The notes below the pieces were generated by a model. The model saw only the letters and a list, made by a program, of their open reading frames with translations, did no database searches and had not been told where the DNA came from. A stretch of 62,721 nucleotides of DNA, counting the filler, from Sphacelaria rigidula (Eukaryota): assembly GCA_964200075.2 (NCBI GenBank). It is 6 parts of 6 records of this genome, joined end to end, with 100 filler letters (N's around TTAATTAATTAA, not from the genome) between each part and the next. Parts side by side here need not be neighbours in the genome. Positions count along the whole stretch, not along the records: positions 31,414 to 41,783 come from CAXNAA020006632.1; positions 41,884 to 52,252 come from CAXNAA020006633.1; 4 more parts are not named here. One strand, 5' to 3'. This document shows, piece after piece, positions 36,639 through 49,254 of the stretch; position 1 is the stretch's first letter; every line of letters starts with the position of its first letter. Made by a program: the position numbers and the translations under genes.

Positions 36639-39525
36639 GCGTACCTGCCGGCCCCAGCAGAGGTGCCGGGAGCGACAGCAGTAGACCCCGGGCGTTTCCA
36701 TCCCGCTCCACAGTCTCGGGGCCCATCGAAGTGTGATTCTCGGCTCCACAGGTGTCACTCGATGACGGACTCTCGGGTGCACGGAGGCTAGCAATGCCGG
36801 GCGGTGGGATCTGAGGCCACTAAAGTAGAGGGCGGCGAGGTGGCGCGTGGCCATTCGTTCCCGTCTCATCATGAGGCCGTGGACGACCTCTGACATGTGT
36901 CAGAGTGTGTGATGGGAGAGTAGGCGATCGGTGGAGGCAGCGGGGGATTTATTGTCGTACGAGGACGGGGATTTGACGGCTTTCGCAGGCGGCGGCCCTG
37001 CCGAGGCGCGTCAACGCTAGGTCGCTGTTGTCCAGTTTGTATTCATTTCAGGCTGTTATATCAAGACACGTGATGTATATTATTCTGCATATTTTTTGGT
37101 GTCGGGGACAAAGTGGAGAGCTGGGGCAGGGGATTGGCGTTTGTACGATATAACGAGGTAAAACAGCTCCATTGGTTAGGGTAGCATGGGGGGGGGGGGG
37201 GGCTATGTGTCGGGGCACTTGCACGGTCAGACAGACCAGCCCGGTCTTTGTTCGAGTTGAAGATGCGGCGAAACTCATGAGAAACTCCGCAATCTCTCCG
37301 AGGGTATGACGAAGTACTACCTATTTTTGGTGCAGCTGCTGTGTTCGGGCAGGGGGCGAGGACATAGTCGTCCGTCGCGCAAGGTATCTGTTGTGCCATA
37401 CTCACACGAGAGTGTTGTCTTTTCAATATCGACGAGGGTACTTGGCAGGTCTAACGTTGTGGGCGCCATCGTTCATCGCGTCGCAGCTTTGGTTGGAATC
37501 TGCTGCAGTACTCGGTTCGTTTCAGACCGCTTCGGTTGGAGGTGGAGATTGTGGAAACAAAGCACGTCGAGGTGGAGAAGAAGAGGAATGCGGTTGGCCT
37601 AACGGGGAGAGTTGACGTGCTTTGGTGGCATTCGCTCGCTGGCCGCCAAGTCTGAGAAGGCATGGTTTGACATGACCGAACGCGTGTGTGTGTAGGTACA
37701 ACTGCACTGAAGAAGGCAAGACCGGTGATGACGGTGGACTGGAGGTGTTTCCAAAATATTCGTACGGTAGTTGTCGTCTTGTTCTCTTGTCCTATCGTCC
37801 TCTCGTCCTTTCGTGCGGACGGAGAAATGCCGTGATGAATCAGGGACGAGAGGCACCGAAGACGCGTCTCTTTGAACAAGGGTCAAGGGTCCTTCGCGCG
37901 TTGTAGTTGTCGTGTAGGGTGTGCTGCCACGGCCGGTGGAGTGCTTATCCAGTTGCGTACTTACACCCCGTTGTTTGTGCTGTTTCCCCCGTTTTCCACC
38001 ATGAAGAGTTGAATCTTCACGTCGGCCAGACATTGATGCCGATTCTCCGCGGGGACGATTTCTTGAACACCGTTTCTTGTGTGTGGGGCATTTTTAGTTG
38101 AGAAGTGAAGATTTCCTCGACAAAGGCCATTCCTCGTACCATCGGTTGAGAAGTGCCCCCACATTTCAAACTGGATCAGACTTGTTGGAGAAATCGCTAC
38201 ACCCGAACGCGCCTCCATGAGCGGGTTGGGAATACGCGGTCTGGAGAGTGTAAAGGTGCAACGAGGAGCTCATAGCCGTTGGGCCTGCCATGGGGCGCAC
38301 CAGCTTCGCAACACCATCTGGCATGGCGATCGTGGTGGATCACACGGCCGTCGCTGACAAGATGATATTGTTGATGGCAAAAAATAACATCCGAGACTGA
38401 CAGTGAGTGACGGTCTATTCGACGACGAATCGCCGCTTATTTCGGCGCTGCCTTCTGTCCCCTGGATGCCGTCAGTGTCCGATGGCCATGCCATTGTCGA
38501 TGCATATGCTGTACATGTTTTTTTCTCCCTTCCACACTGTTTGTGTGCAAACCGCAAGTAAGTCTGTAGTCCACGACGAAATACAAGCCGGCCCCCGAAA
38601 AGTCACGATCGCCGGTTGGCGTACAAAGCTTGAACTCCACGAGTGGGAAGCGGATTCCAGAAAAGGGTCTGAGGAAAGAAAAGGCGTCGGAAAATTCAAG
38701 GGCACACGAAAAAAGGGAAACGTGTCCCGCCGCCTGCACCCCAGAGGGCCGAAGTTCGTGTTATTTTCACTCTGCTCTCTGTCTATTTCTCCCCGTCTCA
38801 GTTTGTGAGTTTGTATTGCACGCCACGCCTCAAACACGTGCTAGGTAAATGCTCGCTTGTTGGAAACGTCTGCATGCTGCTGTTGGTTGGCTTGGCTCAA
38901 CTCGTTGCTCGCGGTTGTAAACAATCCCCACCCAAAACCACCCACACCCTGCGACAACCTTGGGGGGGAAATCACGACAGCAACAACGGCAAGCTACAAA
39001 TATGAGCTCGCGCAAACCCCGTGATGACGAAAGGGACGCAGGACGAACCTACAGCAGCGGGAGTGTGTACGTGGGGTGTCCCGACAAGATGCAACATCGG
39101 CCACGCCCTCTATTCGATGTATCTCGATTTTTATTTGTCGTTACTGCATTTTCTCATTATCTAGCAATCGTACTTTTGAACCGTGAAAGTTTACAGTGAT
39201 GTCGCGATAACGCCCTACTCCGCGCGCGCGCGAGCGCGCCGGAAAAGTGGTGAGACAGACACCCATGAGGCAGCACAACCCGTGGCTGTCTCTCGAATCG
39301 GTGATACTAGAAAACGAAGCAACTCATTCGAGGCTGGCGTGCTCCGTCTCGGCTTTGTAGGGATGCGAGCTCAATGACCATACCGTATGACTACGGCATT
39401 CGAGATGTAACAAGATTTGGTACGGTGTCGGTTTATATAGGGTTTTGTATGGCGTTTGAGGCAGGGGGGGTGGTGACATGATATTACCCTCTGAGAGGTT
39501 CATAATAAGCAAGTGGGATTACGTA

Positions 39526-40766
39526 CGAGCTGGGCCAGCCTAGAGGCGGATTTGAAGTTTGCAGACGAATGCGCCGGCCAATATTTAGAGTTGGGGCGTA
39601 AAAATTGGGATGAACAGTGCATAGGGCATACACAAAACATTTACAGTAGTAGCACCAGAATTTTTCTTTTCTTTTCTTTTTCCGTGAGTTAAGGACATTA
39701 CGAATACCTGAAAACTGATTATTGCCCTCAACTCATGTAAAGAAAATACTTATATAAATGGTGCTTCCGTTACTTTCCTGTGAATGCTCTATGCATCGTC
39801 CATGCCAACTTTTACGCTTCAACTCTAAATATTGGCCGACGCGTTCTCCTTTTAGAAACCGAATCGGTAGACATTCGGAACAGTATTTCGCAGGCCACTC
39901 ACCGGCCCACGTTCGGTTTTTGTGTATTGAAATTTTGTGTGGGCCCTTGCTACGGCATAACTAACAAAACTTAGTGGGTCATGTTTTTATTTCTTCAATC
40001 CACTGGTTTAGCGCGTTCTCGTATGGTAAAGACCATTTCTTCACGAGAACGCCCTAACCTCTATCGAAGAAATAGAATGAAGGCCCGCTTTTTTTTCAAT
40101 TGTTCGGCACACCGTCGTGGTTCTCCATGCTAAGTTTCAAACCACAGCTCTCAAAAGTGGGCTGGAACATTGACATGAGGCCTAAGAGCATTGTTCATTT
40201 CTCTTCGAAACTCCACTGGAAACACGAAAAAATATGACGCAAAATGACGCAAAAAACGGTAACAAGCTGTTTTTATTTTCTATTTTTTTGTGCGCCAGCG
40301 GTTGGGTCTCCATACAAAGTGTCGTAGAACAACTCTCAAAAACTGAGACGCGATATTATCCAGATTTAGGGCATCTAGTGCCTTTGCTCGTAATGTATTG
40401 ATTTTAGTATGGGAGATTATAATGTGCGCAATATCTCGAGATGGATTACGAAATAGGTGAAGGTAAGGGTAAGTATCGTCTCCCCGTACTCCAGGGAAGG
40501 TCCGCACCGAAAATCGCCATCATCCGCTGAATATACCGTTCGGGGTTTCACATAGATTCCAGGGTGGACGCTATCGCCGCACGGTACAGGAATTACGAGA
40601 CGTGGGGTTTAGTCAGCGAGAAAATATTGGCCCATATTTTTCAGCAGATGAGCATTTTCCCCTTGATTAGACGATCAACACGATATGTGGATCACGGCCC
40701 AACTCGTCTGTGTCGACGAGATATTGCTTTCAGAGCCTAAATCCGCTTTCAGGCTGGCCCAGCTCG
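39526..40766. mobile_element. 1.24-kb non-autonomous Tc1/mariner-like element
   Basis: TA|CGAGCTGGGCCAGCCT...GCGGATTT and inverted copy at the right end followed by TA; no transposase ORF recognised. Confidence 0.8.
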
Positions 40767-43700
40767 TAGGTGGAGAGAAGAAATATTTCGTGCGCCGGTC
40801 TTGAAAGAATCAAAACTTTTCTTTTTTTTTTCCTCAAAGTACTGCGTTTCTCGAACTCCAAGAGAGGCGGCCTGAAACGCATTTGAGTCAAAGGTTCATT
40901 CACTCCTGGACCTGTAGTTCAGCCACCTATTGATAGTAGTGTGTGTCAACAACACGATGCTGTGCTCAGCGGGTGAGTTATACATATTCTCTTCGCTCTT
41001 CTGGTTTCATTTTCTATCGCATCCGCCCCTTCACTACTGCTCGTACTGTGCGCATATCATCTGTGGCGGGTCGTTTCTATTCCCCATCTTGCATCTTGTG
41101 CACGCAGCAGTCTGTCGGCCCTTTCCACGCTCTTGATACCCTGGCTTCGTTTGCTTTTCTTGCTGCTACTTCTTCTTTACTTCGGACTCGGCTGGTCTCT
41201 GCCTTCGTGCTTCGGTGCTCATGGCTGTTGGGGTGGTCTGGTTTCCCGTGCTGCAGTCGACCTTCACATACCTTGTTGGTGTTGGTCGCAGCGGTGGACG
41301 CGATCTCGCCGGGAAAAATACGCCGAGCCAAGGGTCTGTCAGGAGAAAAAAATCGGACACGGAGCCCCCATCCCCCACCCTCCTCCCGGGGTGCAATTTT
41401 CGGAAGTTGCCATGATTTCCATGTTTCGTTCCTGTCAACATTGTTGAAGAAATAGATCAAGCATCAATCAACAGACACTTCAATTAAATGAGGTGCATCA
41501 CAAAAATGAGTTCAAGCCCGAAACAGTGCTTTGCTCACACGTACAGTGACGGTGCTCGATGACAATGACTTTTTGTCGCCCGAATGCCCCTCGATCGCGT
41601 GAATACTCTTTCAGCGCATCCAATCTCGATTCGTACAAATGCTTTTTCGACGCCTTTCAATTTACCGACTCTGTGAGCTTACAGCGCTGAAACCTTTATT
41701 TTCCCCTGTTAACCCCCCCCCCTCCCTCCCCCTGGTCCGGCGAGAACCCGGCGTGCTCCGTCCCGGCTTTGTAGGGGCGGACCNNNNNNNNNNNNNNNNN
41801 NNNNNNNNNNNNNNNNNNNNNNNNNNNTTAATTAATTAANNNNNNNNNNNNNNNNNNNNNNNNNNNNNNNNNNNNNNNNNNNNCATGGGTGTCTCACCAT
41901 GTAAACACCACGTAGTACGATCGTTCCCATTGTACGGAGTTGAGGTTCTCCCACGCCGCACAACATGATCTAGCTGGGCTACCATCATGGTTACCGCAAA
42001 AAAACGCAAGCGCGCAAAAATGAAATCGGTAACCTGGTTGCCTCGCTTACGCAGTAAGTGGCGTGTTTCATAGCGTCATTGCCAACCGACGCCAACCCCA
42101 TCGGGGGTCCGCCCCTACAAAGCCGGGACGGAGCACATCGGATTCTCGCCCGACCAGGCGTGAGGGGGAGGGGAGGAGGGGTTCAAAGATTTGCCGTGTG
42201 TGAGGTACTTGCTCATGGCACACCTTGACTCAAAGTCTGGCGATACCGCTCGAACATCGTCGATAAGCGTATCCCGGCTTATAGTGAACTGGAAGTCGTG
42301 AATCCAAGTCTTGCACACTATCTGACATTTCAGTCTACTATGTCGCTCTGTTCGACTTTTTCTTTGTTCCTCCTTCTTCAGCGGATGATTCAGTTTTGAT
42401 TCTCTTGGGTACGTCCACCATGAGACCACGGCTGGACCCCTGGGCGGTCAGTTAAACTGCGACAATCAATCAATGAATCGATCAATCAGGGGTGATGACA
42501 CGGAAGAAGTACATTTTTTCGGCCAAACGTTGTCTGAGGTTATACATTTGGGCCTAGATATTTCACATTGAGGGGCTCCTTACGCAAAGAACTTGAGAAG
42601 AAAATAAATATATGCACACTTACCGTGGCATGACGTTAGATGCCTGAAGGGGCATGCACAAGGTTCGGGCCGGCATGCAACGGAACCATCTTTCGTCCAC
42701 ATCTTGTGCTTGTCCGAGCGGTTTTGTCGAATCCACATGGCTTCTGCTCATCTCAACACAAGGTACGTGTACGTATATTGAAGATTGATTCGGTTGCCTG
42801 ATTTATGTATATACTGACTGCTTGATTATCGCACATCAGAGTAATGCTGCGGTAGGAGTGCACAAATACTCCCTGAGATTAAAATTGTTAGAAACCCTTC
42901 ATCTCATCCAAAACGAGACTTATAAAATAAGTGAGAGTACGCGAGGATTGCTGTTCCGGTGTGCTAGGGATATCCCGAAGGAATGTGCAAACAAGGATGT
43001 CCTGACCATATTCTTGTGCATCTGGAATCCGTAGGAGCCCCGGAACCAGACAAGATTTTGCGCAAAAAGTGCACCCCTACCGTAGCATTGCTCATCACCT
43101 GGTGGTCCGGTACGACTCCCGTCGCGATCACAGACTCTTTGTGTGAATCGTGTCTTTGCATCTGTGGTCACAACGGTACGATTTTCATGGCTGTACATCA
43201 ATCTTCGTGCCAGCTGCTTTACGCACCAAAAATTGTGCCGTCAGCAAACGCTTATTGCAATACCTGTCCAATAGTGTCATACAGGGTATCATACTGACCG
43301 CCGTCGACAACTGACGAGATATGACAGAAGACAAAAAGACTGACTTTTTTCTTCAAGGCCATAGGGGTGACGCTGAGGGGTAAAAAAGTGCCTCGACTAA
43401 TCAGCGGCCTCCAAATTGTTCTGAAACCAATAATAGGAAATTTCACTCCGATTTCTACCCAATCTTCACATGTTTCAAATTGTCGTAACCGCCATCAGCT
43501 CGGGAATGTAGCGGAATAAAGAGATTTGGAATCGTTTATTATAGGATCAAGTGATTCCCAAAATTGTGGTATTTCGGTGATATGGGGTTGCGACGTCGTC
43601 GGATTTCCACTAATGATGCGCACCAGACCCAGAAAGCCTCCTGACGGTTTCCATTATATCTGTCGTGGAGAAGCACCGACCGCCCTTAAACTCGGCAGTT

Positions 43701-44328
43701 CCGTGGGTATTGGGGCTCCACATGGGGGAAATGTGTTATTGAAAAATGTTTTGCATTTTCTCCTCTATTTTCCGGCTTCCGAGGGTCCTCACGCTGAGAC
43801 TCATGGATGCCGGTACAGAATGCATCAATATAAAGAAGAATATGAACAATGCTTCCCGAGATTGTTCAAGGAGCATATGTACAACTTTTTCTCGCGAAAA
43901 TCGAATATCGGATGCACTTTCCTCGCCTTAACGTTGAACACACCCGAAAAAGATGTTTCCATACTCAAGGCAAGTAGTTGGGAGTTCGCACGTCTCAAGC
44001 TCACTTCATCGTACAAGAGGGCAAATGTTCACGCCGACTCTTAGTGTCAGACTCCGAAAAATTGCACACATATGCTGTGGGAATCACAAAACGATTTGTG
44101 ATTGGGGTCCTTCGATTTTTCATTTTTTTCTGCCTGTCATAGGCGGTCCCCGAAGGGTATGTCACTACCCAGGACCCTGTGACCCCCGGTAAGTGGCGAA
44201 AAAATGAAACACTCGATAGACCCCATTTCTAGACAAAATCACAATATTTTATGGAATTACTGTGCAAACTATCGGATTCCAACTTGAAGAATCGGCGAAA
44301 CAAAATGCGGACGAATGAATCTTGCAAG

Positions 44329-45702
44329 GGTCGGACGAATTCATGATTCGTCTGGAAATTATCTGATTTCAGCGTAATTGATCCGTACCGTACGAATCAA
44401 TCCTTCGGCTTTGTTTTCAGCGTTGCAACCCAGATACGCGCAGCCCAGACACGTGGTATGGCGCAAAAAGTGCGTGGAGACCTCTTTGACCAGCCGTCAA
44501 CGTGTTTCTCTCTTTCGAGCAATCAGGCCTGAAAACCGTGGATTTGATGATTCAAACCAGCGATGATTCGCCCGAACCGTGAATTCTTGGGTGATTAGCG
44601 TGAACCAGCTAGTACGATCGAGCAAAGCTAGCTATACCGACTGTAGTACTTTTGATTTTTTTTACTTGATATGGGTTCATTGCCGCACCTTAACTGATTC
44701 CCCACGGATCCAGTCGTGCTCACACGATAGACGTACGTACATGTATTGGGCGAGAAAAAAGTTGCTGCTGTATGCAGGTATGGCGTGGGATTAGCAGTTC
44801 ACCACAAGCTGCTTTGCAGTACAGTACAGTACAGTGGATGCGCAATACTCTCTCCGCATGCCGTGGTCGATGGGTTGCTAAGGGCTTGGCGTACTGACGT
44901 TACGTTCGCGCGTTTATGTTGCGTGGTCGCCGAGGGAATGCGCAGCAAGGTTGATCCACGGTGATGTGATAGCTGAACAAAAAACACAGCGACGTGTTTC
45001 TACAGCATTCTTCTTCATTGCAACCACCATAGCCGCATATCACGAACGTGTTCGTCACACTATTGACCTCTAAACTTCCTCGGGACGAGTCCGTGGTCTC
45101 AAGTTCTAAGTCCATCTCCCTCCCGGTACCCTACACGCCTTGCACTGTCGGTCCCGCGGATTGCACCAGGAATCCCGCACCGCGTCAACTCTCATGCGTC
45201 AAAAACATTCGGTCAAGAGTTCCCTTTCGCTACTCAAGCACGTCCTCACGCTTCCAACAAAGAAAAAAGCCGGATACTCTGAAGTAAAAAAAACGCAAGC
45301 GCATGTGGCGAGAATCGAACTCGCCGTTTCTCCACTCCATCGGTTTCAGTTGGATCATTTTTATTTGGACCACCGGAACGTAGCCGCATGCGTTGAATAT
45401 GTACACGACTTGCCACGTGCTCTGTGCTCTCTGCAAGCATGGCTGCGCGGAGAAATCAAGCACGGTTCGGACGAATCATAACCGGTTGGAATCACCAAAT
45501 CCACGATTTCTCGGGCCTGATTGCTTGGAAGAGAGAAACAAAAGTCAGCCGCTGGTCAAACAGGTCTCCACGCAACTTTTGCGCCCTTCCACGTGCCTGG
45601 GCTGCGCTTACCTGACTTGCAACGCTGAACACGAATCCCAAGGATTCATTGGTACGGCACGAATCGATTACACTGAAATCAAGTAATTTCCAGACGAACC
45701 AT
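44329..45702. mobile_element. Two inverted copies of a ~250-bp MITE (44329-44578 and 45464-45702)
   Basis: GG(T/G)TCGGACGAAT-type ends; copies are reverse-complementary; a diverged copy lies at ~2830-3040. Confidence 0.65.
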
Positions 45703-46080
45703 TCCTTCCTTCGACGCTTGAAATCAACCACTCTGCTACAGCCCTCAAGTACTACATACAGTGTAGGCGCGCTATTTGCCCGGCCTCGAGACGCAGTTTG
45801 AGTGCGCATCGTCGGCGAAGCTCGGCACTGCCTACATGATGACCGTAGAGGAATGCATAGCGCTCTGGGATAGTCAAGCGGAGAATGACCGCCTCTGCAA
45901 CACACGCGGGGATGGCGATAGAAAGTGAATGCGTAGCGCTGCATAGAAAGGAGGACGGAGGACGATAGCTTGTACAGCATACACCAGGGTGATCCTGTGA
46001 GGATGCATCGTTGAAGAAGGTGAAAAACAACATTTTCTCGGGGTGAAACCCTGAAAAATGACGAGGAATTGCGTAGCTAA

Positions 46081-46540
46081 GGCTATTTCTTGTGTATCGA
46101 AAAGTAAAAGTTGTTGAAAAGTGCTTTTTTGGCCCTTCTCCGTCGTTCTTGTCCCCAAAAGAGGGCTAGGCGGATGTGGACACCTTGGAATGACTTGCTC
46201 TACTCGCTGAGACCGTTCCAGAGCACCTTCGCGTTTTCTGTAGGTCACTTGACCATAAATGCATTTTCAATAACAAACGGTCAAGTTATCGAAAAACAGG
46301 GGGGGAAATGCCATATTTTCAACAACTTGACCGTTTGTTATTGAAAGTGCATTCTTGGCCAAGAACGAAACTGTGATCTACAGAAAACGCAAACGTGCTC
46401 TGGAACGGTCTCAGCGAGTAGAGCTAGTCATTCCAAGGTGTCCACATCCGTCTAGCCCTCTTTTGGGGACAAAAACGACGGAGAAGGGCCAAAAAAGCAC
46501 TTTTCAACAATTTTTGCTTTTCGATACATCAAAAGTAGCC
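46081..46540. mobile_element. PIF/Harbinger (Tourist-like) fold-back MITE
   Basis: TAA|GGCTA...TAGCC|TAA; whole element is an imperfect palindrome with a short loop near 46297-46313. Confidence 0.85.
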
Positions 46541-47116
46541 TAAATGAATACAAAACGTAAATCGTAAAGAGGCGCATCCACTCTGCGTTGTGAACCAGTC
46601 GGTACACGTCCATATTTCCGCGTCTGGATGTTGAAAAAAATTGGCGTCGATTCAACGGAGATATGGTGTTCACACATAGTCTAGAGAGAGCTTGTATTGA
46701 AATATATGGTCGGAAATTGGAAAATAACCAAGACATGGTACCAGAGACAAGGCGAGCGTGAAACAACGATGAGTTTTCTAGGCTAGTAGTGCCACGTATA
46801 GCACGGCAAAACACCCACACGCTGAATACCAACCCCTAGATGACAAACCCAGGGCGACATATATTCGACTTTTTGCGCCATTATGTCAGTATCAACAGCA
46901 CTATCCCAGGGTTCCTTCTATACCACTCCCTAAAAACAAAAAACACCACCGGGTGGAAGCGACAGGATCCAATGACATCCATAATCCCGAGTGTTACACT
47001 GCGTCATACATGCGTCAAGGAAGTATGCATGCAAAAGTAGTGGGAACACGGCACATCACAACAAGTGGTACTATGACCACGCCGACTGAAGGATGACCAC
47101 ATGAAGAGTACTTCAC

Positions 47117-47216
47117 CTTGCCGTCCAGAGGCTCCACGATCGTCCCACTACCTTCAAGCTCCCCCATGACCATCGCGATGTACCGCTTGGAAACACGTCT
47201 CTCTTCGAACGCCATG
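47117..47216 (-). CDS. RluA-family pseudouridine synthase, single internal exon
   Basis: ttcccag|...|gtgaag; MAFEERRVSKRYIAMVMGELEGSGTIVEPLDGK fits the RluA F..R.V.K.Y.A.V.G...G.I..PL motif. Other exons not found. Confidence 0.65.
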
Positions 47217-47690
47217 CTGGGAACAAGCAGCCGGGGTAGGCATAAGAGGGCATCGCGGGACGGTCGTGTCAAACGCTCAAGCTGTACTCTTGGCATCGGT
47301 TCTCACATCACCTGATAAAAACAAGTGCAGGTAAAAATCCAGCGCCAAATGACTACTACATCGAGGCTGCGAATCGCCATGCTGTGGGAAAAAAAAATAA
47401 TCAACAAGCCGGGAGCGTTGTGCTGATTCGTGTCTTTATTCCGGGCTACGTCCACGTACATGTCACATAAACAGGGTTAGTGTTATTCCAAATGTATCAG
47501 TACCTACACGAACCACAACTTCCCGAAAGATATATGTCAAGTACCAAGTGATAAAGTCATCTCAGATGACAAGCTGAAGTGTATCCTATTCTGTCCGATT
47601 CAAACAATGAAATTTGCAACCATTGCGGTGCAATTCTTTGAGCAGAAGAAACGATCAGCTGTTGCAGTAGCGGAGAATATGCCGTTCCCA

Positions 47691-49254
47691 ATTGACCGGG
47701 GAAAGTATTTGTGCACCCGGGTACACCATCAGACTTCATGTGCACCCTAGGATAATGACAAAAACACGTGCGGCTAGTCAGTGCCGCATGACCACGGCCC
47801 CGACCGTGGTGCAACTTGGGTCACACTTCCAATCCGAGCCAGCACAACCAACGCAGGTTTTAGTAGTACGACAGTATCATGATGTCGCACTCTCTCTTAC
47901 CTCTCACTACTCGTCGCGTGTTCGATTCTGCGTGACTTCCCACTGCCAGCTCGGAAACAAAAATGCTCTGTGTTGATTATTCGACAGTTAAACATCATAT
48001 ACTTGCTTACTTGCATCCTCCATCCACGCACGATGCACACTGAAAAATTATCAAGGGAAAAGAGTAGGTGCTACTTTGTGCACCTGGAGAAGCACAGACA
48101 ATCGAAGTAGAGAGCATGGCGTGTACCGGGACAGACAACATCATGGCGATGATACCATGTTCTGCTGTTCGTTACTCGTGTTTAGTCCATCGCCCCTGTA
48201 CCGCCAAGCGCGCCGGGCCGTCTCTACAGCAAAGTGAGTGATGACCTACAGACAGAACTGTACACATGACAATGTACTGTATGTACACGGGAGCCCAAAC
48301 AAGATAACAGTACAGATAGTGCAGGCGTCTTTTTCTCTGTCCTCCCGCTGCGTTCCTCTCTACGTCCATCAGGATTACTCAAGGATCAGATTCCACCAGA
48401 GCTCCGGGAAGCGTGACCCTTTTCTGCCGCCAGGGTGGGCATTTCGAAGTGAAAATGGTGCCGAAAGAACAGAGGACCCACCCTCGGTGTGACACGTTCT
48501 CAATGTTTTTTCAAATGGTGGACGGATGCTGTAGAGATTGCACGGCGCACATGGCGTTACTTACCAGCAGTAGAATATAATGTAATCGCCATAATATTGT
48601 CCGTCCCTGTACACGCCACGCTCTTTACCTTGGATTTTCTGTGCCTCTCTGGGTACACAAATCAGCACCTCCTTTCCCATCAAGATAGAGGTATCGCAAA
48701 CTCGGCTCCCGGTATCCTGGTTTGTTTTAATCTACTTCTTCAAGTGAAGCTGATGCCGATTCATCAGGTGATGAGACCCTTTGATCGCCAGGTCAGGTCC
48801 TCCTATGAATAACCATCACTTTCACTTGAAAAGTAGTACACAGCTCAGAGCCAGCGAATACGCCAGGATATCGGGAACCGAATTTGAGATACCTCCAATT
48901 TTTCGGTGTGCATCGTACGTGGATGGAGCATGCAAGTAAGCAAGTATATGATGTTCAACTGTCGAATAATCAACACAGAGCATTTTTGTTTCCGAGCTGG
49001 CAGTGGGAAGTCACGCAGAATCGAACACGCGACGAGTAGTGAGAGGTAAGAGAGAGTGCGACATCATGATACTGTCGTACTACTATAACCTGCGTTGGTT
49101 GTGCTGGCTCGGATTGGAAGTGTGACCCAAGTTGTACCACGGTTGCGGCTGTGGTCTTGCGGCACTGACTAGCCGCATGTGTTTTTGTCATTATCCCAGG
49201 GTGCACATGAAGTCTGATGGTGCACCCGGGTGCACATATATTTTTTCCGCCAAT
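47691..49254. repeat. ~360-bp inverted repeat pair (47691-48049 and 48897-49254) around an ~850-bp spacer
   Basis: Arms are near-identical reverse complements; ORFs 47692+ and 48970- give nearly the same peptide. Confidence 0.9.

Noticed and set aside
36971..37014. SECIS element allowing read-through of the TGA in the USP gene
   Set aside because: Hairpin lacks the apical AA and the AUGA/GA quartet, and a separate frameshift exists upstream.
37449..37615. Possible methyltransferase exon (GLTLWAPS...)
   Set aside because: Only a weak resemblance, with no following GxG motif or consistent exon chain.
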